Both the position numbers and the translations under genes were made by a program. Shown here piece by piece: positions 44,185-58,465 of a stretch of 64,000 nucleotides of DNA. Source of the DNA: Octopus vulgaris (Eukaryota); assembly GCA_951406725.2 (NCBI GenBank), contig OX597835.1:6386001-6450000 (forward strand), in the 5' to 3' direction. Position 1 is the first letter of the stretch, and every line of letters begins with the position of its first letter. Under the pieces are notes generated by a model. The model had not been told where the DNA came from. It worked only from the letters and a program-made list of their open reading frames with translations, and ran no database searches.

Positions 44185-47100
44185 TATAAATACACACACA
44201 CACACACACATACTGAACCTTTGCAATTTTATGAGTCGTCTTTCCATATGTATCACCAAATCTGTACTTCAGCTGTGGAATGTAGCCTTTGTAACTGCAA
44301 AACAGGAAGAAAAAATGAAGCATCGATTTTTGAAGGGAAGAGAACCCATTTCCTTTGATTTTTAGATTGAAGAAAACAGGAAATAACCCTTACTGACCAA
44401 AGACAAAAATTAACAAAATTGTTACACAGCATTATTAATTGAGATGTTAATTGTTGTTCTTTTGTTGCTTGTTCCTTCTTGAGCCATGCCTGGTTCATAA
44501 GGGCTGGTTTCCCAGTTTTATTGGCATATAGGTCCCCCACCTGGACGGGATGCCGGTCCGCCACAGGTGAGCTGCAAGATGCAGGAGGATAGAGTGAGAG
44601 AAAGTTGTGGCGAAAGCGTCAACAGAAGTTCGCTTTTAACTTCACCCGGTCTGAGATTCAAACCGGCAATCCCTCGACCGCAAGTCCTCTGCTCTGACCA
44701 CTAGGCCATGTGCCTCCACAAGATGTTAATTACTATGGATATCGAAATCGAATTGAACCAGCCAGGATCCCTGGTCTGGTGGTACGTAAAAAGCACTATC
44801 CGACTCGTGGCCGATGCCAGCGCCGCCTTGACTGGCTTCCGTGCCAGTAGCACATAAAATGCACCAATCCGACCGTGGCCGTTGCCAGCCTCGCCTGGCA
44901 CCTGTGCAGGTGGCACGTAAAAAGCACCCACTACACTCACAGAGTGGTTGGCATTAGGGAGGGCACCCAGCTGTAGAAACATTGCCAGATAAGACTGGAG
45001 CCTGGTGCAGCCTTCTGGCTTCCCAGATCCCCGGTCGAACCGTCCAACCCATGCTAGCATGGAGAACGGACGTTAAACAATGATGATGATGATGATGATG
45101 ATGATATTCTTTGATGTTTATAACTCAATTCTCTGTATAGATTTAAAAGAACATCTCAAAGAAAGTACAGATAAAAGCATGTATGAACCCATTTACTTTG
45201 CTAATGTTTCCTTATTCATTTCTGGGAAGCTAATTCCTATTCAGGGCAATGAGGACCATTTAGTCATCCTCAGAAGTGACTGATGATTTGCACATTGACT
45301 TATTTTAAAGTGAAGAAAGGGTTGTGCACCATTAATCTCACTCTCTTCCTCTTGATCATCCTTAATCCAATTGCAAAACTGGGTCATGACGACTGGCAGT
45401 GGAGTTATCGGCATAAGGGGACCAAGATGCCTTTCACTCATTTTACTCTCTGCGCTCTACAATGCATTACTCAAGCTGTCTTTCCCTCTTACTGTTGTCC
45501 CCTCCTGTTGTCTTCCCTTCCTATTGTCTTCTCCACCTGTTGTCTTCCCCTCCTCTTGTCTTCCTCTCCTCTTGTCTTCCCCTCCAGTTGTCTTCCCCCT
45601 CCTGTTATCATCCCCTCCTGTTGCCTTTCCCTCTTGTTGTCTTTCCCTTCTGCTGTCTTCCCCCTCCTGCTGTCTCCCCCCCATCCTTTGAACCATGAAG
45701 GTTTCTTCCACAGAGTCCGCCATATCCCATCTTCACATGCACAGGTAGACAAACCCTAATATGTTAATTAACCTAGAGCTGAGACACTAACTGATGCCAC
45801 TACCCTGGATCACAATAGACCCAGGAACAACTGTGTCTTAGCGGTAGGTCCACACTCCTCAAACTTCTAGAAATCCCAAACCAGGGCCCTTCAACTAGAT
45901 ACAGTTTAAAGTCACCCCTAGGACATTAGAAGCTAATAGAGCGACAGACATAACAAAGTTGTCAGATTATCCAACATTAAATCATTTAGACTTAATCTTG
46001 CCAGATATTATCTTTATCTTACAGTGAACTTAATTTTGAAGACAGACCAAATACATACAGCTATAACTAATAGCATGTGTTTATTCAGAACTCACTCTGT
46101 ATTAGTTACTTAAGCAATGGTTTAAGATATTATCCATTAATCCAATGCTGTCATGTTAATCGCTTTCTATATACTTGCTTATCTGTACCCAACACAGTCA
46201 GTGCACTGTGGCTAAATGGCTAGGAAGTTTGCTTCACAACCACAAGGTCTCAGGTTCTATCCTACCTATCATATTCATCATCATCATCAGCAGCAGCAGC
46301 AGCATTTGATGTCCATTTTCTATGCTGGCATGGGTTGGATGACTTGACAGGAGCTGGCAAGACCAGGGGCCACACCAGATTCCATTGTATATTTTGGCAG
46401 GATTTCTATGGCTGGATGCCCTTCCTAATGCCAACCAGTTTAAAGAGTGTACAGGGTGCTTTTTTACATGACACCAGCTCCAGTGCTTTTTATGTGGCAC
46501 CTTGGTTTTAGGATTTCAATTCTGTTGTGGTGGCCAGATCTTGAGTGCAGCAATGCACCACATATCTTGGTCCCTTGTTGTCCCCTTCGTAAGTCTCAGT
46601 GTTTTGAGATCACCCTTCCATACTTTGTCCTACTGCATGTCATCATTTCTATAGACTCAGGTTGATTTATACCTTGTAAATGTAACTGAGTAGACGGAAA
46701 CTGTACTGAAGCCCACTGAATGAATTGTACCTGTTATACAAAAGAGACAACTTTGCCACATGCTGTACCATGCTGATTCTGCTTCAGAATCATGTTAAGG
46801 GTCAACATGTCTGTGGAATACTCAACCACCCATATGTTAATTTATGTTAATGAACAAGTGATTCGCTTCATCAAACAACCGGATTGTCATTTTCGAATGA
46901 CAGAGATTCCCTACCCAACAGAACGGTGACCTTGTAATTGTTATTTGACCCTTTTGTTACCATATTTCTGTTAAAATACACTGCATTTATTTTGGTTAAT
47001 TTTTCAAAATAATGAAGAATTTAGTTATTAAATAGCCAGTGTTTGGAACAAAGGAACATGAAATTTTGAGGGGAGGTTTTAATTTAGAACATTTTAGCCC

Positions 47101-47570
47101 TTTTACTACCATATTTCTGTCCAAATATACTACCTCCATTTCAATTGATTGAAATTAATGAAGAATTTTGTCAAATAACTTGGTCATTATTTACCCAGGG
47201 TTTTGGAACAAAAGAACTTAAAACTCCAAAAGGAAGATTTTAATTTAGATTAATTTCAAACAAGAAGCACATATCTTAGAACAAGAGGCAGCCTCAGACA
47301 GGATGGAATCAAAATGGTTTAACTCTTTTGTTACCATATTTCTGCTGAAATACACTGCTCTTCTTTCAATTAAATCTTTTATTCTTTTACTTGTTTCAGT
47401 CATTTGACTGCAGCCAAGCTGGAGCACCACCTTTAGTTGAACAAATCGATTCCAGAACTTATTCTTTGTAAGCCTAGTACTTATTCTATAGGTCTCTTTT
47501 GCTGAACTGGTGCAAACACACCAACATCAGTTGTCAAGCAATGGTGGGGGAACAAGCATAGACACACAAA

Positions 47571-47629
<59 letters not shown>

Positions 47630-49324
47630 AATAAAAAGTTTTGAATGGTACAACAATGCACTATGATAAAAAAAAAAGTGGGACTATATACCTGTTGTAA
47701 TTTAGTTATCCATAGTCCGATAACATTTCAGAATACAATTCCTTCTTCAGATATTCTTAGATGGAGTCCCTGCTATAATCGGTTTTCCAATGACTTTAAA
47801 GTTTTAAAGTAAAGAAAAGTTGTTGGAAAACTGATTATAGCAGCGACTCCATCTAAGAATACCTGCAGAAGGAATTGTATTCCGAAATATCATCGGACTA
47901 TGGATATCTAAATTACAACAGATACATAGTCCATTTTTTGTATTATGGTGCATTGTTGTACCATTCAAAACGTTTTATTCTTTACAAACAATACACGATG
48001 CTGCAAGCAAACTACAACACTCTCATATATATATATATATATATGATAGGCTACTTTCAGTTCCCGTCTACAAAATTCACTCACAAGGCTTTGGTTGACC
48101 TGTGGTAATAGTAGAAGACACTTGCCTAAGGTGGCACGCATGGGACTGAACCAGGAACCATGTGGTTGGGAAGAAAGCTCCTTAGCACACATTGAAGAAT
48201 TTACAATATAGTAAAGAAATTAGTGAACAAAACTGTCATTATTAACCTGGCATTTGGAACAAACGAACATTAAATTTTGATGGATGGTTTAAATTTAGAT
48301 CACTTTAACCCTTAAGTTACCATATTGTTGTTAAAATGTGCAACCTTTGTTTCAATTAGTTTTGAAACATAATGAAAAATTCGGTAAAGAATATAGCATG
48401 GAATTTTGATGGATGGTTTTAATTCTGATCCCTTTAAAACATTAAATTTGTATCATAGAAGGGGTGGTTTTGAGCAGGTTTGTACAGAAAGCGGGGAAAC
48501 GATTGAACTGAGTGACTTTTGTGGTATTGAAAATTTGATTACAGAGTTCAATGTTTTGTGTGGAAGATTTGTGAGAGAAATATTTGTGTTTCTATAATTA
48601 GTAACTTAGGTTGGTCTCAGATAGCAAGGTGTATGCCTTCACCTTATCACACACACACTCCTTCGTTTTTGTGTGTATATATATTCTTTTATGCTTATAT
48701 TCTTTTACTAGTTTCAGTGATTTGACTGTGGCCATGCTGAAGCACCACCTTAAAGAGTTTTAGTCAAAGAAATCGACCCCAGAACATATTCTTTGCAAGC
48801 CTAGTACTTATCCTATCGGTCTGGACTGCTCCTGTCAAACCATCCAACTCATGCCAGCATGGAAAATGGAGGTTAAATGATAATGATGATGATGATGATA
48901 TACATATGTATGTGTGTGTGTGTGGGTGTGTATGTATGTATGTATGTATGTATGTATGTATGTATGTATGTATGCATATGACCTTGTGTGTACCGTTGGT
49001 GATTTTTTTTTCCTCTGTCTTCCCTTCTCTGGATCTTTCCTTCTCCTATGTTTCCGATAAAGAGCTCCGCTCGAAACATTAAACCCTCCTTCTTTCATTC
49101 TTTCCTAAGCATCCAATAATACTATATTTGTTCCACATCCTCGCGTTGTTGTGTTTTTTTGTGTTTTCTTGTTTGGACTAACTTTATATTTATATATATA
49201 TACATATATGTATGAACATATATATAAATGTACATATATATATAAATGTATATATACATATATACATATATATATATGTATATATATATATGTATATATG
49301 TATATATACATTTATATATATATG

Positions 49325-49363
<39 letters not shown>

Positions 49364-49764
49364 ACATATATATACATATACATATATATATATATATACA
49401 CATATACATATATATATATGTACATATATATGTATATATATATATCTGGTGCAGCCTTCTGGCTTCCCAGACCCCAGTTGAACCGTCCAACCCATGCTAG
49501 CATGGAAAGCGGACGCTAAATGATGATGATGATGATGATGATGATGATATAAATATATACATACACGCTTGTGTTTTTTATATGTGTGTGTTTGTGTGCA
49601 TGTGTGTGTGTGTGTATATAGCATGAATAGCAAGACTATATACCATTTCTATGGGATATCAGCATAAATATAACTCACCCAGGTAATTGACTTCCTGCAC
49701 GTAAAACGGGGACTGCCCCTTGGTGACGGGGCAGGGAAGACTGGACGCGGACAAAGTCTACCAT
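38315..49764 (-). CDS. FAM166: FAM166/CIMIP2-family ciliary microtubule inner protein (FAM166B-like), complete, 7 exons, 298 aa
   Basis: Seven phase-consistent GT-AG exons give 897 nt. Four family repeats: [50 protein letters not shown] and [19 protein letters not shown]. An in-frame TAA lies 18 nt upstream of the ATG. The exact paralogue is unresolved. Confidence 0.9.
38795..39000. repeat. ~40-bp degenerate tandem repeat at an RTE ORF end
   Basis: GGCCTCACAGAGGC.AAGTGGC..AG.TCC recurs about 5 times. Confidence 0.7.
39342..39412 (-). CDS. FAM166: FAM166-like exon 6 ([23 protein letters not shown])
   Basis: tcacag| ... |gtaagt, phase 2 to phase 1. Confidence 0.88.
39520..39889 (+). mobile_element. 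Major SINE family, full-length copy
   Basis: Complete head and tail. Confidence 0.9.
40169..40334 (-). CDS. FAM166: FAM166-like exon 5 ([20 protein letters not shown]...)
   Basis: ttgcag| ... |gtgagt, phase 1 to phase 2; absent from the ORF track. Confidence 0.9.
40726..41072 (+). mobile_element. RTE LINE ORF C-terminus and 3' UTR fragment
   Basis: [32 protein letters not shown] resembles the RTE C-terminal GRPRKTW...DR..W motif. Confidence 0.75.
41116..41670 (+). mobile_element. Unclassified retroelement fragment embedded in (ATT)n
   Basis: Pure (ATT)n on both flanks; partial second copy at about 29820-29985. Confidence 0.6.
41955..42350 (+). mobile_element. Non-autonomous Helitron
   Basis: A|TC 5' end; subterminal hairpin CCCG-AGCAACGC-CGGG (42323-42338); CTAG|T 3' end; no TSD. 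Confidence 0.75.
42377..42601 (-). CDS. FAM166: FAM166-like exon 4 ([17 protein letters not shown]...ETFA)
   Basis: ttttag| ... |gtatgt, phase 1 to phase 1. Confidence 0.88.
43203..43350 (-). CDS. FAM166: FAM166-like exon 3 (EIEESQW...LITGYT)
   Basis: ttccag| ... |gtatgc, ends in phase 1. Confidence 0.87.
44219..44294 (-). CDS. FAM166: FAM166-like exon 2 ([25 protein letters not shown])
   Basis: ttgcag| ... |gttcag. Confidence 0.88.
45478..45682. repeat. ~17-bp pyrimidine minisatellite (TCTTCCCCTCCTGTTG)
   Basis: About 12 imperfect units; source of the spurious Pro/Leu/Ser ORFs. Confidence 0.85.
47625..47984. repeat. ~360-bp fold-back (two ~170-bp inverted arms)
   Basis: Arms 47625-47797 and 47816-47984 align end to end with scattered mismatches. 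Confidence 0.92.
49679..49764 (-). CDS. FAM166: FAM166-like exon 1 ([28 protein letters not shown])
   Basis: ATG at 49764, donor |gtgagt; phase 2 joins exon 2 to build the PGYKGY motif. Confidence 0.8.
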
Positions 49765-49865
49765 GTCTGGCGCAAGAGTTTATCTCTGTTGACCCTCTAT
49801 CGCTACGTGATCGCACTTCGAAACATAGGGCGAGGAAGGAGTCTCCCAAGTGCTTGTGTGTAGGT

Positions 49866-49897
49866 GGGGGTGGGGTGGGGCGTAGGCGCGGTGGGGG
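49866..49897 (+). promoter_or_regulatory. G-tract cluster (GT-boxes / possible G-quadruplex) about 100 bp upstream of the FAM166-like ATG
   Basis: GGGGG-T-GGGG-T-GGGG-N12-GGGGG inside a locally CpG-rich patch. Confidence 0.45.
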
Positions 49898-49917
49898 AGG
49901 CTGGTTGTGGAGGTGGT

Positions 49918-49958
<41 letters not shown>

Positions 49959-50059
49959 GTGTATGTGTTATCTCTGTGCGTGGGCATGGCTATATTTATG
50001 TATGTACATATGTGTGTGCATGTCTCTGTGTTTATATATGTATGCATATAAGTAAATAA

Positions 50060-50419
<360 letters not shown>

Positions 50420-50786
50420 GTACATACATAGACATATATTATGTGTCTACAGTTACGACATGACATGACGTTACCTAGGATTAGGCCACTTACACTGAAG
50501 ACCTCTCTGGGTGCCAAATCTCTACTACCATTGCTACCCCCACCTTCGTCACCTCCCCTACCCCGTTCCCTCCCGCCACCATATCACCTTCCCTCTCCTC
50601 TTGCACCTATCCATATGTCTATCATTCTATTTATCTCTCTGCTTATCTGTCTGTATTTTTCTTTCCATTGCCCTCTTCTATATGAGGAAGTACACTTTTT
50701 ATTAACTTTTAGATTATCTTTGGACACCCAACCCTCAACTCGAATGACTGTTTAATAAAATCCATGAACTTTTATAGATACACTTG

Positions 50787-50840
<54 letters not shown>

Positions 50841-51446
50841 GAAGTATATTTGCTTCCTAAATGTGGTTAACCCTTGTGTTTGTGTGTATATATACTCTTT
50901 TATGTTTATATTCTTTTACTAGTTTCAGTGATTTGACTGTGGCCATGCTGGAGCACCACCTTAAAGAGTTTTAGTCAAAGAAATCGACCCCAGGACATAT
51001 TCTTTGCAAGCCTAGTACTTATCCTATCGGTCTGGACAGCTCCTTGGCTGACTAGCTCCTGTCAAACCATCCAACCCATGCCAGCATGGAAAATGGAGGT
51101 TAAATGATAATGATGATGATGATGATGATGATGATATACATATGTATGTGTGTGTGTGGGTGGATGTTACTGTAGCTTGTAGCCCCAGGAAGACATCTCC
51201 CCCAGCTGGCAATTGACACACTTTCTGTGCCCTATCAGTATTTGCAAAGGGAAGTCATTGTTCCCATCTCCAGCCTGACGTGATACTACACACGGACCTG
51301 AGTTTCTTGGTATATATATACATATATATATATATACACATAGATATACATAGATATATATATACATATACATACAAACATATATGTGTGTGTATGTAGA
51401 TAGATACATACTTATGTAGAAAAGTGTGTTTGTGTGTGTGTGTATG

Positions 51447-51494
<48 letters not shown>

Positions 51495-51514
51495 CACACA
51501 CAATCACACTCACG

Positions 51515-51731
51515 TGAGGGATTGCTGAAAAGTTCCTGGCTTTAAGGATATCACGAAAGGCCTGGCTTCAGGCCCAACTTTCTGGTTTCTTTTACAGGGG
51601 TTAGAAAAGCTGAAGGGCCACTGCAATAAGTGCTTGAACCTGAGATGGGATTATGTTGGATAAAAATCATTATTAACTGATCCTCCTGTATTTTCTTTTA
51701 CCCCAAACCAGGAACTTTTCAGCAGCCCTTG
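51515..51731. mobile_element. mariner-type MITE
   Basis: TIR AGGGATTGCTGAAAAGTTCCTGGCTTT / AAACCAGGAACTTTTCAGCAGCCCT. Confidence 0.75.
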
Positions 51732-51918
51732 ATTTCTGAAAGACTATCAAGATACTTGCATGCTTATAAATGAACTTTTGCACAATGCAGTGGGAACGAA
51801 TTTGAGTAATCATTGGCCAAATTAACAACCACGATTTAAATAAATGTACGAATGAATTAACCGTAATCTCCCCTTTCTTGTAAACACGATGCTACACTAG
51901 TTAACAATATCGCTATGG

Positions 51919-53861
51919 TACCCCATGGCCATTGTATAAGTATTGCTCACCACAAGATCAAAATCTACACTGGTGATCCTAATGCTGGAATTAATACTTT
52001 CTATAGGCTATTGGTTATTTCATTAGCCGTACATACAAAAAATAGACATCTACTATGTCTGTATTTATGTTCATATTCATGGCTCTACAAGTGCTATAAG
52101 TATATATTTCTTTACTACCCACAAGGGGCTAAACACAGAGGAGACAAACAAAGATAGACAAACGGATTAAGTCGATTACATTGACCCCAGTGCGTAACTG
52201 GTATTTAATTTATCGACCCCGAAAGGATGAAAGGCAAAGTCGACCTCGGTGGAATTTGAACTCAGAACGTAACAACAGACGAAATACTGCTAAGCATTTC
52301 GCCCAGCGTGCTAATGATTCTGTCAGCTCGCCGCCTTAACCCTTTAGTGTTCAGATTATTCTATCAAACATAATGCTTATTGATTCCCATTGATTTGAAT
52401 TAATCATGCATTATCTCATATCTTCAAGATCTTGATGGTGTAATTACTTAATGTAGAATAACATTGTAGGGTAGGTGTGAGAGCCTGGATCTGGTCAGTT
52501 TGAACATAAAAACAGATTAAATATTTTGGCCGGATATGGCCGGTTTAAATACTAATGGGTTAAGTGCTATAAGTATATCGGCCAAACTTAGTGAACCCCA
52601 CCACAGAATCTGTGACTCCTCACCAAGTGGCATTGTTTCACTAGCCACTTTTAGGCCCTGAATCTGTTAACCCATATTAATCCACCATCCTCTTTTGAGG
52701 ACAGTTGTATTTGGTTTGCTTACCGCAATAAAGTTTAACTGGACGCAAAATAATAATCATCATCATCATCATCGTTTAGCGTCCGTTTTCCATGCTAGCA
52801 TGGGTTGGACGGTTCAACTGGGGATCTGGGAAGCCAGAAGGCTTCATCAGGCCTAGTCAGAATCTGGCAGTGTTTCTACGGCTGGATGCCCTACCCCATG
52901 GCCATTGTATAAGTATTGCTCACCACAAGATCAAAATCTACACTGGTGATCCTAATGCTGGAATTAATACTTTCTATAGGCTATTGGTTATTTCATTAGC
53001 CGTACATACAAAAAATAGACATCTACTATGTCTGTATTTATGTTCATATTCATGGCTCTACAAGTGCTATAAGTATATATTTCTTTACTACCCACAAGGG
53101 GCTAAACACAGAGGAGACAAACAAAGATAGACAAACGGATTAAGTCGATTACATCGACCCCCAGTGCATAGCTGGTATTTAATTTATCGACCCTGAAAGG
53201 ATGAAAGGCAAAGTCGACCTCGGCAGAATTTGAACTCAGAACGTAACAACAGACGAAATACGGCTACGCATTTCGCCCGGCGTGCTAACGTTTCTGCCAG
53301 CTCATCACCTTAACCCTTTAGTGTTCAGATTATTCTATCAAACATAATGCTTATTGATTCCCATTGATTTGAATTAATCATGCATTATCTCATATCTTCA
53401 AGATCTTGATGGTGTAATTACTTAATGTAGAATAACATTGTAGGGTAGGTGTGAGAGCCTGGATCTGGTCAGTTTGAACATAAAACAGATTAACTATTTT
53501 GGCCGGATATGGCCGGTTTAAATACTAATGGGTTAAGTGCTATAAGTATATCGGCCAAACTTAGTGAACCCCACCACAGAATCTGTGACTCCTCACCAAG
53601 TGGCATTGTTTCACTAGCCACTTTTAGGCCCTGAATCTGTTAACCCATATTAATCCACCATCCTCTTTTGAGGACAGTTGTATTTGGTTTGCTTACCACA
53701 ATAAAGTTTAACTGGACGCAAAATAACCATCATCAGCATCATCGTTTAGCGTCCGTTTTCCATGCTAGCATGGGTTGGACGGTTCAACTGGGGATCTGGG
53801 AAGCCAGAAGGCTTCATCAGGCCTAGTCAGAATCTGGCAGTGTTTCTACGGCTGGATGCCC
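51919..53861. repeat. ~970-bp tandem duplication
   Basis: Copies 51919-52891 and 52892-53861 both start TACCCCATGGCCATTG and end GCTGGATGCCC. Confidence 0.95.
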
Positions 53862-54759
53862 TTCCTAACGCCAACCACTCTGCGAGTGTAGTGGGTGCTT
53901 TTTACGTGCCACCCGCAATGCTTGTTGTATTTATATATATAATAGTGCTTGTTGTGTTTATTTAATCATTGTATTTGGTTTATTTACTACAATAAAAGTT
54001 AACTGGACAACTTCCGTATGTTTGTTATCCCTATTCATATAACTATCTTCAAAATTTCGACAGGGTTAACCTGGGTTAAAATGGGTTAATGTCTATTTAA
54101 TTCACTGGGATAACATATGAGTGCCAGACCATGCTTGTACATGTGCTTATGCCCTCTTGGAAGTTGGCACCAAACTATGCAAGTGAGGATGTCTGCACAT
54201 CTACATCAATGAATCATCATCATCGTTTAACGTCCGTTTTCCATGCTAGCACAGGTTGGACGGTTCGACCGGGGTCTGGGAAGCCAGAAGCCTGCACCAG
54301 GCTCCAGTCTGATCTGGCAGTGTTTCTACAGCTGGATGCCCTTCCTAACGCCAAATGCCCATCCTAACGCCAAATGCCCTTCCTAACGCCAAATGTCCTA
54401 CTAACGGTTACATATAATACCTTTTTCGCTATATTTATGTATTTGTTTCTTTTTCTACCTGATATTTTATTTTTGGGATTTGGTTTGCAAGATTCTTTAT
54501 GTGAGTTCGTGTGTTGAAGCATATTTTGTTGTATCTGGGGAGGGTCATTCTCTTTTAGTGCCTTATTATTTAACACACTCACCAGTAAAGTTTCCACTCA
54601 TTTCCTTACTTATTTTTCCTAAAATAGGTACCAGTCTTTAGAAAAATAAGTCCTGAAGTGAATTCATTCGACTAAAAATTATTCAAGGCCATGCCCCAGC
54701 ATGGCCACAGTCTAATGATTGAAACAAGTAAATGATAACAAATATGCATACATGAACAT

Positions 54760-55336
54760 GTACATACATACATACATACATACATAATATATACATACAT
54801 GCATACATACATCCATACATACACACACACATACATACATACACACATACATACATACATCCATACATACACACACACATACATACATACACACATACAT
54901 ACATACATACATACATACATACACACATACATACACACATACATACATACATACATACATACACACACACATACATACATACATACCTACATACAAACAT
55001 ACATACATACACACACATACATACATACATACATACATACATACATACATACATACACACACATACACACATACATACATACATACATACATACATACAT
55101 ACATACATACCTACATACAAACATACATACATACACACACATACATACATACATACATACATACATACATACACACACACATACATACATACATACATAC
55201 ATACACACACACAAACATACATACATACATACATACACACACACATACATACATACATACACACACACATACATGCATGCATACATACACACACATACAT
55301 ACATACATACATACATACATACACACACACATACAT

Positions 55337-55367
<31 letters not shown>

Positions 55368-55820
55368 TACATGCATGCATACATACATACATACATAAAT
55401 ACATACATACATACATACATACATACATAAATACATACATACATACATACATACATACATACACACATACATACATACATACACACACACATACATACAT
55501 ACATACATACATACACATACATACATACATACATACATACATACACACACATACATACATACATACATACATACATACATACATACATACATACATACAT
55601 ACATACATACATACATACATACACACACACACATACATACATACATACACATACATACATACATACATACATACATACATACATACACACACATACATAC
55701 ATACATACATACATACATACATACACACACACATACATACATACACACACACACATACATACATACATACATACATACATACATACATACATACATACAT
55801 ACATACATACATACATACAT

Positions 55821-55853
<33 letters not shown>

Positions 55854-55870
55854 TACATACATACATACAT

Positions 55871-55901
<31 letters not shown>

Positions 55902-56308
55902 TACATACATACATACATACATACATACATACATACATACATACATACATACATACACACATACATACATACATACACACACATACATACATACATACAT
56001 ACATACATACATACATACATACATACATACATACATACACACATACATACATACATACATACACACACATACATACATACATACATACATACATACATAC
56101 ACACACATACATACATACATACATACATACATACATACATACATACATACATACATACACACATACATACATACATACATACATACATACATACATACAT
56201 ACATACATACATACATACATACATACATACATACATACATACATACATACATACATACACACATACATACATACATACATACATACATACATACATACAT
56301 ACATACAT

Positions 56309-56339
<31 letters not shown>

Positions 56340-56482
56340 TACACACATACATACATACATACATACATACATACACACACATACATACACACACATACAT
56401 ACATACATACATACATACATACATACATACATACATACATACATACACACACATACATACATACATACATACACACACACAT

Positions 56483-56521
<39 letters not shown>

Positions 56522-57265
56522 CATACATACATACATACATACATACATACACACACACATACATACACACACATACATACACACACACACACATACATAC
56601 ATACATACATACATACATACATACATACATACATACATACAAACATACATACATACATACATACATACATACATACATACATACATACATACATACATAC
56701 ATGCATACATACATACATACATACATACATACACACACACATACATACATACATACATACATACATACACACATACATACATACATACATACATACATGC
56801 ATACATACATACATGCATACATACATACATGCATACATACATGCATACATACATATATGCATACATACATACATACATACATACACACACACATACATAC
56901 AACATACATACATACATACATACATACATACATGCATACACACATACATACATACATACATACATGCATACACACATACACACACACATACATGCATGCA
57001 TACATACACACACATACACACACACATACATACATACATACATACATACATACATACATACATACATACATACATACATACATGCATGCATGTGTGTAAG
57101 TATGTATACATTCAAACATAAATCTGTACATACAAACACATACCTATACATACATAAAACCATACATACACACACACACACATACATACATACATACATA
57201 CATACATACATACATACATACATACATACATACATACACACACATACATACATACATACATACAT

Positions 57266-57298
<33 letters not shown>

Positions 57299-57331
57299 TA
57301 CATACATACATACATACATACATACATACAT

Positions 57332-57366
<35 letters not shown>

Positions 57367-57815
57367 TACATACATACATACATACATACATACATACATA
57401 CATACATACATACATACATGCATACACACATACATACATACACACACACACATACATACATACATACATACATACATACATACACACACATACATACATA
57501 CATACATACACACACACATACATACATACATACATACATACATACATACATACATACACACACACATACATACATACATACATACATACATACATACATA
57601 CATACATACACACACATACATACATACATACATACACACATACATACATACATACATACACACACACATACATACATACATACATACATACATACATACA
57701 TACATACATACACACACATACATACATACATACATACATACATACATACATACACACATACATACATACATACATACATACATACATACATACATACATA
57801 CATACATACATACAT

Positions 57816-57855
<40 letters not shown>

Positions 57856-58113
57856 ACATACATACATACATACATACATACATACATACATACACACACA
57901 TACATACATACACACACACATACACATACATACATACATACATACATACACACACATACACACACACACACACATACATACATACATACATACACACACA
58001 CATACATACATACATACATACATACACACACACATACATACATACATACATACATACATGCATACATACATACATACATACATACATACATACATACATA
58101 CATACATACATAC

Positions 58114-58148
<35 letters not shown>

Positions 58149-58465
58149 TACATACACACACACACACATACACACATACATACATACATACATACATGCA
58201 TACACACATACATACATACATACATACATACATGCATACACACATACACACATACATACATACATACATACACACACATACACATACATACATACATACA
58301 TACATACATACATACATACATACATACATACATACATACATACATACATACATACATGCATGCATGCATGTGTGTAAGTATGTATACATTCAAACATAAA
58401 TCTGTACATACAAACACATACCTATACATACATAAAACCATACATAGACACACACACACACACAT
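54760..58465. repeat. 3.7-kb (TACA)n/(CA)n compound microsatellite
   Basis: Direct inspection; source of the 1285-aa VCMY pseudo-ORF. Confidence 0.98.

Noticed and set aside
45283-45759. Cluster of six overlapping ORFs
   Set aside because: Produced by a 17-bp pyrimidine minisatellite
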